Source: Wickerhamiella versatilis (taxonomy: Eukaryota). From it: a DNA stretch of 64,000 nt. Location of the stretch: positions 3,224,001 through 3,288,000 of the forward strand of contig JAQOWU010000008.1 in assembly GCA_030867685.1 (NCBI GenBank), read 5' to 3'. Positions 9,001 to 18,240 of the stretch are shown here, piece after piece (the first letter of the stretch is position 1; the number at the start of each line of letters is the position of its first letter). Position numbers and translations under genes: made by a program. The notes under the pieces were generated by a model. It searched no databases, had not been told where the DNA came from, and worked only from the letters and a program-made list of their open reading frames with translations.

Positions 9001-11403
9001 TCGCAGAGCTTGAAGACGATGTTTCGTCGCACGTTCGTAACGTTTACGTTCCTCACGCTCCAAGAAAGCATGGAAGCCTCCAATCCCTTCACTTAAGCGA
9101 TTTCGTGCCTTTAGTCGTCTCTCCTCGACCGCGTGCATTTCACTAGCCCGTGCACGTATCGCAGCTAGTTCTTTATTTTGCTCACCGTCTTCAATACCCG
9201 ATTTCAATTTCCTCTGTTCCTTGACAAAATGTTCGACAACTGCAGCCTCGTGTGATGTCAGGCGTTTCAAGCGAGCAAAGTGGACACGATTTGTCCGATC
9301 AATCGAAGACGAATTTAAGTAATGAACCCAGGTGAGCAAGTCTCCACGGACAGCACGCAGGTAGGGAGCGAGGCGCAACTGTCGTAGCTCTATCTCTTGG
9401 TCTTTAGTTCGGTTTGGATGCATTTCTAGCTCATTACGACGCTTCGAAATTGCCTCTTCTATCCAAAATGCACGCTGTGTCTTCATTGCTTGAGGACTCA
9501 CACCCAAAGGTAAAAGAACAGGCACTGCGAGCAACTCTTCACGTTTCAAAAATTGCTCCCAGCCAATTTCTTTTGGCAACAGGCTTTCTGGTTCCACATG
9601 TTTGTCAAAACCAAGTCTTTCAAGAAGCCCAGTCGGTGGTGGGTGCTGCGAATTTGCCAGACGACGCGAACGTCCAGCCTTATTCAAGTCAGCACCACCT
9701 GCAACCACAAACGCGACGTCATTATCCTTAGCATCAATTCTGTCAGGATAAATCTCTTCTCGCTGATTCTGGGCAAGCCACTGTTGATGACGAAACTTTT
9801 TTAGTTTAAGCGCTTGTTCCATTTGTTGTTGCTCACTTTGTGCTTCAGCACATTGTGGGGTATCAGGGGCCTTGGGGGTTTTGAGCTTCTTCGAACTCTT
9901 ACGCCTTTGACGCTGCTGGAGCATAGGATTTCCCGGTGAGACCTGCTGCGGTTGGTGTGGCGGCTGTGCTACTGTCTGGGGTGGGACCTCAGGCATAGGT
10001 TGAGAAGGTTGGTGTGGCATCTGAGAGCCAAAGAGCGCACGCTGTAGTGCTGGTTCGGGAGACTGGCCAGCATGGAGAGAGCGAAATGCTGCTGTCTGGT
10101 TATGGATCAGTTGCATTTGACCTTGCGTTAGCAGTGCGGTTTGCGGTATTCCATTGCCTCCTGGAGGTGGACCTGTTGCTGTGGAAGGGCCTGAAGGGGC
10201 AGATGCAGGTGTTGGAACAGGACCATGAATTGAAGCTGGTGTCATTTGTGGCGTTAGGTTCGACACAGAATAGGGAGTAGACGACCGCACAGTGTTAACA
10301 TGCGCTTGTCTCGTGGCCATCAGGGGAGATACGTGCATAAGACTCCCCCTATGATCAGCTGAAGATTTTCTGGTCGGTTTGGGTGGAGAATGGCCCAAGT
10401 TCTGCATAACTGCGTCTGAAGCAACTGCCAAAGCTGAGTCTAATGAGCCACTATCTTCAGCCGTACCGATTGATTGGGTATATGCAGCCATAATGGGGTC
10501 CAAAAAGTCACTTTGCTGCTTCACGTCTGGTGTTTGACTAGCAGGTTCTGTACTTTTAGGTTGTGGTGCGCGAACTTCATCAGAACCAGTTCCAGCAGGA
10601 GTTAGCCGCGAAGGTTTATCATCGAAGGCTTCAGAAAACAGATCGTAAGGTTCATTAGAACTCTCACCCTCACCCACCGTGTTCAAATTGAGCCAGGATA
10701 ATGCATCAGGCTGGGATGACTGTGAAGGTGGTACCGACGACTGTGGAAGAGCTCCCTGTTGCGTAGAAGCCTGGTTTAGCGGTGGTCCTGGCCTTGAAGC
10801 TCGGCGATCGTTCATGGGCCCGGGAATTTGCTGTGAATCTGTTGGTGGTATGGCGCTCTGAGGTGCCCAGGCTGGGCCTAACACTTCACCTGATGGCGTA
10901 CGACCATGGGCACGTATTTGTGCTTGGGCTTGGGCCTGTGCTTGGGCTTGTGCTTGGGCTTGGGCCTGTGCCTGTGCATGGGCATGGGCCTGAGCCTGAG
11001 CCTGAGCCTGAGCTTGGGCACGAGCATGTGCCTGAACCTGAGCAGCATGTGAAGCCCGTCTCTGTGCAATGGTTGAAGCTGACATCCTATTAGGGTGAAT
11101 TCCGGAGTTCGGCCCTTGCATGGGACTCAACGGGCTTACTGGCTGATTCATGTGTGAGGCCATGCCTTGCGACGGCATTCCCGGTAGAACCATCCCTTGA
11201 GGGGAGATCCCCATTTGCATTGCTTGCATCCGACGTGCCTGGGCCTGTCGCATCATGAATTCCTGAAGAATGGCAGTAAGCTGCTGATATTCCTGATTAT
11301 GAGGAGCTGAAGCACCTAGCTGCTGTTTCAGCTGCTCCCATCGTGCATGCATTTCACGTATATCTGGATAATCCCGCCTGACGGGCATCGCCCGTCCTGC
11401 CAT
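6031..11403 (-). CDS. SNF2: SWI/SNF-family chromatin-remodelling ATPase with QLQ, HSA, ATPase, AT-hook-like and bromodomain
   Basis: ILADEMGLGKT, DEGHR, STRAGGLGLN, QDRAHRIGQ; bromodomain YPDYY...NARFYN. The QLQ-like segment and KGRPPK favour Snf2 over Sth1. Confidence 0.85.
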   Translation of the reverse strand: MAGRAMPVRRDYPDIREMHARWEQLKQQLGASAPHNQEYQQLTAILQEFMMRQAQARRMQAMQMGISPQGMVLPGMPSQGMASHMNQPVSPLSPMQGPNSGIHPNRMSASTIAQRRASHAAQVQAHARAQAQAQAQAQAHAHAQAQAQAQAQAQAQAQAQAQIRAHGRTPSGEVLGPAWAPQSAIPPTDSQQIPGPMNDRRASRPGPPLNQASTQQGALPQSSVPPSQSSQPDALSWLNLNTVGEGESSNEPYDLFSEAFDDKPSRLTPAGTGSDEVRAPQPKSTEPASQTPDVKQQSDFLDPIMAAYTQSIGTAEDSGSLDSALAVASDAVMQNLGHSPPKPTRKSSADHRGSLMHVSPLMATRQAHVNTVRSSTPYSVSNLTPQMTPASIHGPVPTPASAPSGPSTATGPPPGGNGIPQTALLTQGQMQLIHNQTAAFRSLHAGQSPEPALQRALFGSQMPHQPSQPMPEVPPQTVAQPPHQPQQVSPGNPMLQQRQRRKSSKKLKTPKAPDTPQCAEAQSEQQQMEQALKLKKFRHQQWLAQNQREEIYPDRIDAKDNDVAFVVAGGADLNKAGRSRRLANSQHPPPTGLLERLGFDKHVEPESLLPKEIGWEQFLKREELLAVPVLLPLGVSPQAMKTQRAFWIEEAISKRRNELEMHPNRTKDQEIELRQLRLAPYLRAVRGDLLTWVHYLNSSSIDRTNRVHFARLKRLTSHEAAVVEHFVKEQRKLKSGIEDGEQNKELAAIRARASEMHAVEERRLKARNRLSEGIGGFHAFLEREERKRYERATKHRLQALRANDEEAYLKLIDQTKDARITHLLKQTNTFLASLARAVRAQQRGEADVDIVTGPDGEDYLQDGDIREKVDYYEVAHRVKEEVKEQPKLLVGGKLKEYQLRGLQWTVSLYNNKLNGILADEMGLGKTIQSIALICYIIEVKKVPGPFLVLVPLSTLTNWSLEFDTWAPGVKKVVYKGPPQSRRALHPLIRSGRFQVLLTTYEYVIKDRAVLSRLNWAHLIIDEGHRMKNTQSKLSYTLTHHYNSKYRLILTGTPLQNNLPELWALLNFVLPKIFNSVKSFDEWFNKPFAQAGSRDRMDLGEEETLLIIRRLHKVLRPFLLRRLKKDVEQDLPDKVEKVIKCKMSGLQTQLYQQLLKHNSIFLGQESQKSGGIKGLNNRVIQLCKICNHPFVFEEVESVINPGNLTNDLLWRVSGKFELLDRILPKLRASNHRVLIFFQMTQIMDIMEDFMRLRGIRYLRLDGSTKAENRSELLKQFNAPDSPYLCFLLSTRAGGLGLNLQTADTVIIYDTDWNPHQDLQAQDRAHRIGQTKEVRILRLITQNSIEENILERAQTKLNIDGKVIQAGKFDNKSTSEEQEAFLRSLLETEELSKRDKEESEFDELDDEEVNLMLARNEEERQLFANVDRQRAIMDETQLHGKLRLFSESELPVEITREYVEKQLREETPEVLPRRRTTEESSSSTKRPKRESTPKASLRSQPTSRKGRPPKVAETLSPEDRQKLTEIGTTITEHLKGLTTPDGRPRIDIFLELPSQRMYPDYYQLVKCPVAVATIEKRIAQKWYQSLDQFSRDWRLMMRNARFYNAEGSMVYQDATVIEEEFIRMFTDLVGHPPPENSEPVSRIPVKAPDPVSHYPQPHAVSPPVPQQPVPNGGFPQQMGYQPSMPVPGVPPSQPSAQVHQRMQTHAPQVPLQQFQSPQIQPMQSQMPHVPPPHMPEQVHGQLPGQLPIPPQISAHMPVQMQSQAPAQGVDDNIEDPGLLGLDMDFVDGILDI
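10918..11019 (-). repeat. Coding (Ala-Gln)n dipeptide repeat in the Snf2 N-terminus
   Basis: Tandem degenerate hexamers (GCCTGA/GCTTGG/GCCTGT on + strand). Confidence 0.85.
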
Positions 11404-11478
11404 CACGAGATAGTTTGCTTATGCGTTGGTTATTAATGGATCAGTGGGGTCCTATGGCTTATATATATTTGTTGAAAA

Positions 11479-12225
11479 TTAGTCTAGTAGAATTGTGAAA
11501 TTATTTAGTCCTGGTTTATCATTAATTAGCCTTTTTGCAATAGGGGTATGGGGTGCGTAATGATTTTTTCGTAGTAGCCAGTAAGCTAGACGGTTTGTTC
11601 GTTTCTCATGAACAAGAGAGTATCCCAAAGAAGTAAGGATCTCGTCAAAGAAATCTCGGTTGAAATAGCGGCTATGAGAAACGCATGCCTCGGGGAGAAC
11701 AAGGAAAAGTAGGCCACCGTCATGAAGAAACTCACGAGTCTTCCAAAGCATCCTACCACGAAGCCTGGCATCGGGGACGTAGTTGACTACTAAACTCAAA
11801 CTGAGAAGATTATACAAAGACGGTGTCATAGTCATGAAATCTTGCTTTTTTATCTGCTGATGCTGGGGATTGAGATCGATGCGGTCAATATGAGAAATTA
11901 AGGTGCTTCTAGAGCATGCATTGTCAACAGATAGACAACCAACTTCAAGCATTAGCTTTATGGGTTCTGTGAGCCATTCTACGAGAATTCGTGATGAATC
12001 CCCACCGCGTATTGAAGACTGACCAGAAAGAGATGCCGTTTGGTACATGTCGAGCCCACCGAGCTCATCAATTTCACGGCCAAGTGCCTCACGCTCTTCT
12101 TTATTGGTTGTTGTATTTTGCTTTTTTATCAAGTTATGGAATTTTCGAATGATCCTTCTCGCCTTTTTAGGCTTGATATTTCGAGGTCGTTTTGATATTT
12201 CCGTTATACCAACCCGTCGAGCCAT
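11479..12225 (-). CDS. BMT2: 25S rRNA adenine-N1 methyltransferase Bmt2
   Basis: IRKFHNL, LGGLDMYQTAS, RGGDSS, LEVGCLS, SLSLVVNYVP and NNFTILL motifs. Confidence 0.93.
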   Translation of the reverse strand: MARRVGITEISKRPRNIKPKKARRIIRKFHNLIKKQNTTTNKEEREALGREIDELGGLDMYQTASLSGQSSIRGGDSSRILVEWLTEPIKLMLEVGCLSVDNACSRSTLISHIDRIDLNPQHQQIKKQDFMTMTPSLYNLLSLSLVVNYVPDARLRGRMLWKTREFLHDGGLLFLVLPEACVSHSRYFNRDFFDEILTSLGYSLVHEKRTNRLAYWLLRKNHYAPHTPIAKRLINDKPGLNNFTILLD

Positions 12226-12269
12226 TGCTGAGTCATTGTAATCCAGTCGCTGGTCGGAATCTTTTCTAC

Positions 12270-13034
12270 ATGTCCTTTTTGCGCGCTGGATCGCTGAGGC
12301 TAGGAATCAGATATGCATCAGGTATCAGCGAAAATATCCCACGTGGACTCGTATACCCCTCTCGTGGTAGTTTTGTTCAATCTAATGACGAGCCGGCCCT
12401 TTCTACTCAGCGGCCCATCCCACTGAATGTGATGCTTACTCGCTATGCACCACTCAAGCATCCATTAAAATACGGTGATTTGGTTGGTGAAATTAGGCTT
12501 GCATCATTTACGACGAAGGATCTTGAGTTTTTTTCAGATTTCATCTTACGTGCCGCTTTCTATCTAGGAATACCCACAAAAGGCCCTACACCGCTTCCTC
12601 GGAAAGTGAAGCGATGGACTGTGATCCGCAGTCCTTTTGTGATGGCCAAGACAAAGCAAAATTTTGAGCGTATCACCTATCGCCGTCAAATAAAACTTTA
12701 CGACGCTAATCCAGAGACCATTCAAATTCTTTTGTCAGTGGCTAGTAAACATGCTATTGCTGGTGTGGGAACTAAAGCTACCTTGTATACGCATGAAGAT
12801 CTCGAAATGATAGAAAACATGGATGTACCAAGACGGAACGAGCATGAGAATCCCCTCGCTGTTAATAAGGTTGACATAGAAGCTGTGGGGTCTGGAGAAG
12901 TAGCCCAGGCCGTTATGGAACTACTCAAAGATCCACGCTTTGCTGGTTTAGACAGTCACATTGAGAAGCCTGGTGATACATCATCGGTCAAGACCGATTC
13001 TGCCAGCAATGATTCCTCTGGGGACAAAAATTAA
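12270..13034 (+). CDS. RSM10: Mitochondrial ribosomal protein uS10m
   Basis: GPTPLPRKVKRWTVIRSPFVMAKTKQNFERIT S10 signature; presequence-like N-terminus from ATG 12270. Confidence 0.92.
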   Translation: MSFLRAGSLRLGIRYASGISENIPRGLVYPSRGSFVQSNDEPALSTQRPIPLNVMLTRYAPLKHPLKYGDLVGEIRLASFTTKDLEFFSDFILRAAFYLGIPTKGPTPLPRKVKRWTVIRSPFVMAKTKQNFERITYRRQIKLYDANPETIQILLSVASKHAIAGVGTKATLYTHEDLEMIENMDVPRRNEHENPLAVNKVDIEAVGSGEVAQAVMELLKDPRFAGLDSHIEKPGDTSSVKTDSASNDSSGDKN

Positions 13035-13317
13035 GGACTAAGTATGAGAAATAGTACAGAATAGTATTTTTAATTTTTTTTTCTTTGTGACTACCCATAG
13101 AACATAATGGTGTTTTGAAATTATCTGGTCAATATATGTAACGTAATTTGGGATTTTAATCTTACAAGCCCCACCTGCATTCTGTACCCCGCATGGCAGC
13201 AATAATTAATTACTTGACATAGAATCTACAGCTGTTAACTCCTCATGACTTAAAGAAGGATAAATAACTAATGACATAAATAACATAGACGAAACCTGAA
13301 CCCTGAGTAAAGCTGCT

Positions 13318-14382
13318 TCAATATGGATATGAGCGTGGAGTAAACACTGCGGGCTGACCGGCTATTAGCGAAGACAATGGAGGAAGTCTAACATTCTGTG
13401 ACACAGGTGGCAAATGTGAGAAGCTAAGGCTGTGAGGAGGAGGAGAAATCGGAGGAGCTGGAGGTGAGATAGGTGGTGCTATTGGCACTGCAACCGGTTT
13501 AGGCTCCAGTAGGTGCAATTTAGAGTTTCCATCCCAACGGAAAACACGGCCAGAACACTCGATATCCAGACCACCCTGTTGGTCGAAGCCTGCTAGTTTC
13601 TGCAGCGACTTCGTGGCTTGAAGCATTTGCAATACTTCTGAGGGCGAACTAGTTTCTGAGGCCAATGTCAATCTAGGAAGCTCCTCTTCAATGACCACCG
13701 ACTCGTTTGGATGATTCCAGTTCGTCGCCATTGGAACATAAGGTGCTACTGTGGATGGCCCACTCATTGTCCGTAGTCGGGGCAACGGCTGTTTGCGATA
13801 AATAACTGTTGCACTATCAGATTGTCGACGCAACTGTAGCTGCCCAAAACCAAGCTGGTGTGGTTTGAGACATTCTTGAGGAAATGTGGCCCCAAACAGA
13901 GGAATAAGTGAAAAGCGAATGGGCCAACAAACTCGAAGCGCTAGTCGGCGAGCAACATCATAAGGTACCCAGGTTCCTTGTATTTTCAAAAACCCACCTC
14001 TTACCCGCCTCAAAACTGGCTCTAGTTCAGGGCAAGAGTCTAGCAATTTAACTATATCCGCCTTCGAATTGCCGGCAGCCTTCCATAATCCTGTTAGATG
14101 CACATAGCCTGTATAATAGTCCCATATTACGAAATTTTCTCGAATTGCATATTCATAAACGGTCAGGAAGTTTCGTTCATCAACCGAAGTTGCGTACTTG
14201 TGTGGCGTTATCGCATCAGGTCCTGGGATGTCAGGATTACCGCGTAGTGATTCGGGCACCGCATGAGGTGGAAAATACACAGGATAGCTCACTTCATCGA
14301 ACTGACCCACACGCAGGCGTCCACCAGCCCTTACTGATGCCATTGTGAAGGATCTCGCTAGTTGGGAAGTGGAACCAAGCAT
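13318..14382 (-). CDS. APSES/KilA-N transcription factor, Xbp1-like
   Basis: IWDYYTGYVHLTGLWKA and RRVRGGFLKIQGTWVPY motifs. Confidence 0.85.
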   Translation of the reverse strand: MLGSTSQLARSFTMASVRAGGRLRVGQFDEVSYPVYFPPHAVPESLRGNPDIPGPDAITPHKYATSVDERNFLTVYEYAIRENFVIWDYYTGYVHLTGLWKAAGNSKADIVKLLDSCPELEPVLRRVRGGFLKIQGTWVPYDVARRLALRVCWPIRFSLIPLFGATFPQECLKPHQLGFGQLQLRRQSDSATVIYRKQPLPRLRTMSGPSTVAPYVPMATNWNHPNESVVIEEELPRLTLASETSSPSEVLQMLQATKSLQKLAGFDQQGGLDIECSGRVFRWDGNSKLHLLEPKPVAVPIAPPISPPAPPISPPPHSLSFSHLPPVSQNVRLPPLSSLIAGQPAVFTPRSYPY

Positions 14383-14647
14383 GGCGGAACTGGGAGCATT
14401 GGCTAATCAGAAACCCCAACCCAAATCCGCAGCTTCCTAGAATTATCCTCACGTGGCTAGCGGCCAAACTTAGTCTCTGGCCTTAGAAAAAGTTCATTAA
14501 AGACCCAGAGAATGCGGTATACCAGGGGATCTAGATCAATTCCAAGGATTGGTAGGGACTATATCTCGGTACTCGATAATAATCTAAATTTAAACCTAGA
14601 CCTATGGATGAGCTATAAGCGCTTCTATTATAACTTAGTGCAAATTC

Positions 14648-14672
14648 CCGGGACTCCTCGAGGAACTCCCGG
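14648..14672. promoter_or_regulatory. Imperfect palindrome centred on TCCTCGAGGA (Xbp1-type CCTCGAG site)
   Basis: CCGGGA-C-TCCTCGAGGA-AC-TCCCGG about 270 bp upstream of the Xbp1-like gene. Confidence 0.4.
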
Positions 14673-14782
14673 CGGATCGATTATTTTTGATAGAGTATAA
14701 CACATATCATGTCTGAGTGATAGTGTTCCACTGGAAGCAACGCAAAAACGATTATATGAATAAACCCAAACCCTTAAAAACA

Positions 14783-15943
14783 TCATGCTGGATCCATAAC
14801 GCATCTCAGGGCGGATTTCAATGAGTTAAGTTCATAACAGCCATTCGGACAATCTGCAGGAACGGTATTTATATGTTTTGGTATACCAAAACTGCCAATT
14901 TCTCCTCCTTTAGGATATATGACATCTGTTATAAGTTTCCCATGCAGTGCCATTTCTAGTGCTGTAACCATAGCCCCGGCCGACATACCAGTAGTCTCAC
15001 GGTCACGGCGTCCACACATTATCATAATGCGTTTAGGTGCATAGGCAGCAGCTTCGCTAAACCCGCTCGTGAGTGCTATCGGTATAATTGACGTATATAA
15101 ACTTCCTGCGGAAAAAATGACGGCGTCTGAAGACCTTAGCTGATCGATCACCGACTTGGAGCATTTCGGGGTGACCTCATTGCCGTACATGTCGACATAG
15201 AAAATGCGCTCAATAGGTGACGTCAATGCAGGGGAATGATCCTTCGAGAAGCTGAGTTGTGAACGCTTGAGATCAGGGTGCGCAAATGGATACAAGCACT
15301 CATCATCCTCATCAATCGTAGCATCTGAAGGTCCTTCGCTGGGATGGGATATTTGGGTTTGACCCACCACCAGAGATCCATCTTCAAGGGTGGCAGCAAT
15401 ATGGTGCGTGAACTGGGTGGATATACAGGCAAGAACTCGACTTGAAGTCGATGCGTTGCTCGTACGCAGAACAAACTCGGAAGCGGCATCCAGTGATCCA
15501 AAGAATACTCGCGCACCACTGAGTAAAAGATTCCCGACTGATGCCGATCTGAAGTCAAAATTACCCCGTTTCAAAAGCTCTGCATGAATATATATGAAGA
15601 ATGCTCGATAAATTTTCCTGGTTTCGCGGCTGATATCTTTCCAAAGGGGTGAGGTGCCATTCACAATCCTACCCCAGTGCTCTTGGGCTACCTTTTCATC
15701 ATCAGGCGCTAACCTATGAGACATTAGTGCGCGAAGAGGTGAATTCGGAGGAATTAGGCGAACAATGCGCGACCGAGCATCACCAATTGCTGGTCCACCT
15801 AGGATACGAAGTATTTCACTGGTGGATCCGCCATTATCGCTTATTGGCATCACGTAACAAATTTCATCTGAAACTTCTGCAAAAACGCTGACCAACGCGT
15901 TCGTAGCCGAACCACCACCTACGACAACGACCCTGTTAGTCAT
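14783..15943 (-). CDS. CofD/YvcK (UPF0052) family protein, YNL011C-like
   Basis: VVVVGGGSATN, ISDNGGST, GGPAIGDARSR, GQTQISHP and GSLYTSIIP motifs. Confidence 0.88.
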   Translation of the reverse strand: MTNRVVVVGGGSATNALVSVFAEVSDEICYVMPISDNGGSTSEILRILGGPAIGDARSRIVRLIPPNSPLRALMSHRLAPDDEKVAQEHWGRIVNGTSPLWKDISRETRKIYRAFFIYIHAELLKRGNFDFRSASVGNLLLSGARVFFGSLDAASEFVLRTSNASTSSRVLACISTQFTHHIAATLEDGSLVVGQTQISHPSEGPSDATIDEDDECLYPFAHPDLKRSQLSFSKDHSPALTSPIERIFYVDMYGNEVTPKCSKSVIDQLRSSDAVIFSAGSLYTSIIPIALTSGFSEAAAYAPKRIMIMCGRRDRETTGMSAGAMVTALEMALHGKLITDVIYPKGGEIGSFGIPKHINTVPADCPNGCYELNSLKSALRCVMDPA

Positions 15944-16156
15944 AGAGGTAGTGCAGCATGACCACCTGAGCGTATTGATCTCTTTACCATTACTCTTAGC
16001 AGTTTTGACTTAATCTTTTAGTTACATATTTACAAGCACAATTATATGCCATATGCTAAGTGATTTTCCACCCAAATGGATTTGGTCCAATTACTTAGAA
16101 TGAAAGATGGGTATTCAACCAAGAAGGAATTAAGTATGTTATGACGAACGAGTTGT

Positions 16157-17497
16157 TTAGCCCGCTGGCTGACCTGTCACCTGTATTCGTCCATGCAACT
16201 GGCTATCCGCGTACCCACCATTGTAATTTGGAGCCTCAACCGATGCTTCGCTATCCAGTTTACCATTACCATGGCGATGCGGCTTCTTACGAAATAGACG
16301 TGATACGTCTCCCCACAACATATGGAACCAAAGCTTGATTGTACGCCTCGTCATTCCAATAGGGAAATTGATTGGAGATTCTACACCATCAAAAACCAAG
16401 GAATCATATGCAAAACATCCTAAGAAACCTCCCAGTGTCGGACCAGTTATCAGACCAACAAGCCACCACAAGTGTCCCCTGTACCAAATGAACCTAGGAT
16501 ACCCTACCATTGTTAGAAAAATACGAGGAGCGAGATCACGGAACGGATTCATACCAAAGGGACTCAAATAACCAAAGCAGGAGCCGATGGCAGTTAGAGT
16601 GAGCGCTAAAATAAATGCATTCATGCCTCTAACAGGTACCACATTCCCACTATCACCTACTGCAAAGATCGCAGCATGCATCACAGCAGAAGCAGTGACT
16701 TCGTTGAACCAGGCACTTGCTATAGGAATGTCTGATGCAGGCACCGTGAAAAAAGTGGAACCTGTGTCTATTCCCCAAGCTTTTGGATCTACTTTCCTGA
16801 GTGCTGGGTAATAGAGTATGAAAATCCATGCACTAGCTGCAAGTGCACCAAAAAATTGTGCTATCCAAAATCCGAACACTCGTCGAAGGGGAAACCCTCG
16901 GAAAAACCAAAGGTTGAGGGTAAGCGTGGGATTGAGATGTGCACCCGAGTATCCACCGGCAATGTAGATTCCAACCATATTTCCGATACCCCAAGAAAGA
17001 ACGACGGTGGTATAATCACCCTTCACACCCCCTGATACAAGCTCCTGAACGCTGCTGGAAAAGCCTATCATTAGAAAAACGAACATACCAAAGAATTCTG
17101 CAAACTCTGCATGATACTTTTGCTTCAATCGGTAAAAAATTCGAAAATCGTCCATTGTTAAGAGTTGCCTTGTTACATGGCGGTCACTCTTCGGCACACC
17201 ATTCTCATCATACTTATCAGCTTTCTTTCGTAAATGATCGTGAATATACTTACGGTAGCCCGACCTAGTAACTTTGGGAAAGGTCTTAGCCATACCAAAC
17301 AAATTTTCATCGTTATCATCCTGTCTTTCAGGGTCAATGAGTTTATAAAGATGGTCTTGTTCATGAGGGACTGATGGAGCCGGTGCCTTATTCTCACTGT
17401 GACTCTTCAGCTTACTTAGATCCACACCGGCATCATGAAGAAGCCTTTCCCACTTTTTCCGCTCATTTCCCTTGATCTGGTGGAGCGACTTTAACAT
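16157..17497 (-). CDS. Aquaglyceroporin (MIP family glycerol channel)
   Basis: AEFFG, SGAHLNPT and MNPFRDLAPR (the Asp after the second NPx is typical of glyceroporins); six hydrophobic segments; long soluble N-terminus. Confidence 0.92.
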   Translation of the reverse strand: MLKSLHQIKGNERKKWERLLHDAGVDLSKLKSHSENKAPAPSVPHEQDHLYKLIDPERQDDNDENLFGMAKTFPKVTRSGYRKYIHDHLRKKADKYDENGVPKSDRHVTRQLLTMDDFRIFYRLKQKYHAEFAEFFGMFVFLMIGFSSSVQELVSGGVKGDYTTVVLSWGIGNMVGIYIAGGYSGAHLNPTLTLNLWFFRGFPLRRVFGFWIAQFFGALAASAWIFILYYPALRKVDPKAWGIDTGSTFFTVPASDIPIASAWFNEVTASAVMHAAIFAVGDSGNVVPVRGMNAFILALTLTAIGSCFGYLSPFGMNPFRDLAPRIFLTMVGYPRFIWYRGHLWWLVGLITGPTLGGFLGCFAYDSLVFDGVESPINFPIGMTRRTIKLWFHMLWGDVSRLFRKKPHRHGNGKLDSEASVEAPNYNGGYADSQLHGRIQVTGQPAG

Positions 17498-17551
17498 GGT
17501 ATATTTTCGTTATCCAGACGGGACACCTAACCTAACCCAACATATTTCTTT

Positions 17552-17691
17552 CTGTTTTGAGGTCAGCAGGGTTCTCTGAGAGGCTTTCAATCGTAATAAA
17601 AGTCGATCTCGGAGATCAAAGTCCTGAATAGGTCCACATTTTTGGTAATATAATTAGAGACATAAGTTTATTAGACCTTGAACTGACTTAC
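17552..17691 (-). other. Candidate 140-nt 5'-UTR intron of the aquaglyceroporin gene
   Basis: On the minus strand: GTAAGT donor at 17691, TGCTGAC branch-like site at 17568-17562, CAG ending at 17552. Confidence 0.35.
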
Positions 17692-18240
17692 CAACTATTT
17701 AGTCATCCGGAAACTCGTATTTAGATTTTTATGCCTCAATTCCTGTTGGTGGACGACCGTTATATTACAAAAGTAATAAAAAACAAGGGCCTCTGTTGTA
17801 AACCTATATATATTTATAATATATATATATATTCAATCACATGTCATAACGATTTAAGGCGCATAAATCATTCATGCATCTCGAGAGCCTTAATTTTTTA
17901 ATTGAAACCCAGAACATACAACTTGTGTGATACGGCACATACAGAGAAAATTGCCGCTGGGGTTGCGACGCAACTGATATTTGAGCAAAAAATATTACGT
18001 CACCTGATTGTGATTTCACAGCAGTGGTGGTGAAAGTGTGATAAGAGTACCTGCAGAGTAAGAGAATTCGTTAAATTAGGAGATAGTGGAATAGTGGTCG
18101 AATTCATGCATATACATTTTATATTTAATTTTTTCTTCTTTTTTCCCGATAGTCCTGATGACAGCCCCCACCCTACTAGGATTACTCACCTTCAAAACTC
18201 TGCTATCTAACACCAATCACAATCACCACCACTTAAAGAA

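Noticed and set aside
17938..17980. ATACAGAGAA resembling the U6 ACAGAGA box
   Set aside because: Downstream U6 elements (AGC triad, internal stem-loop) are absent
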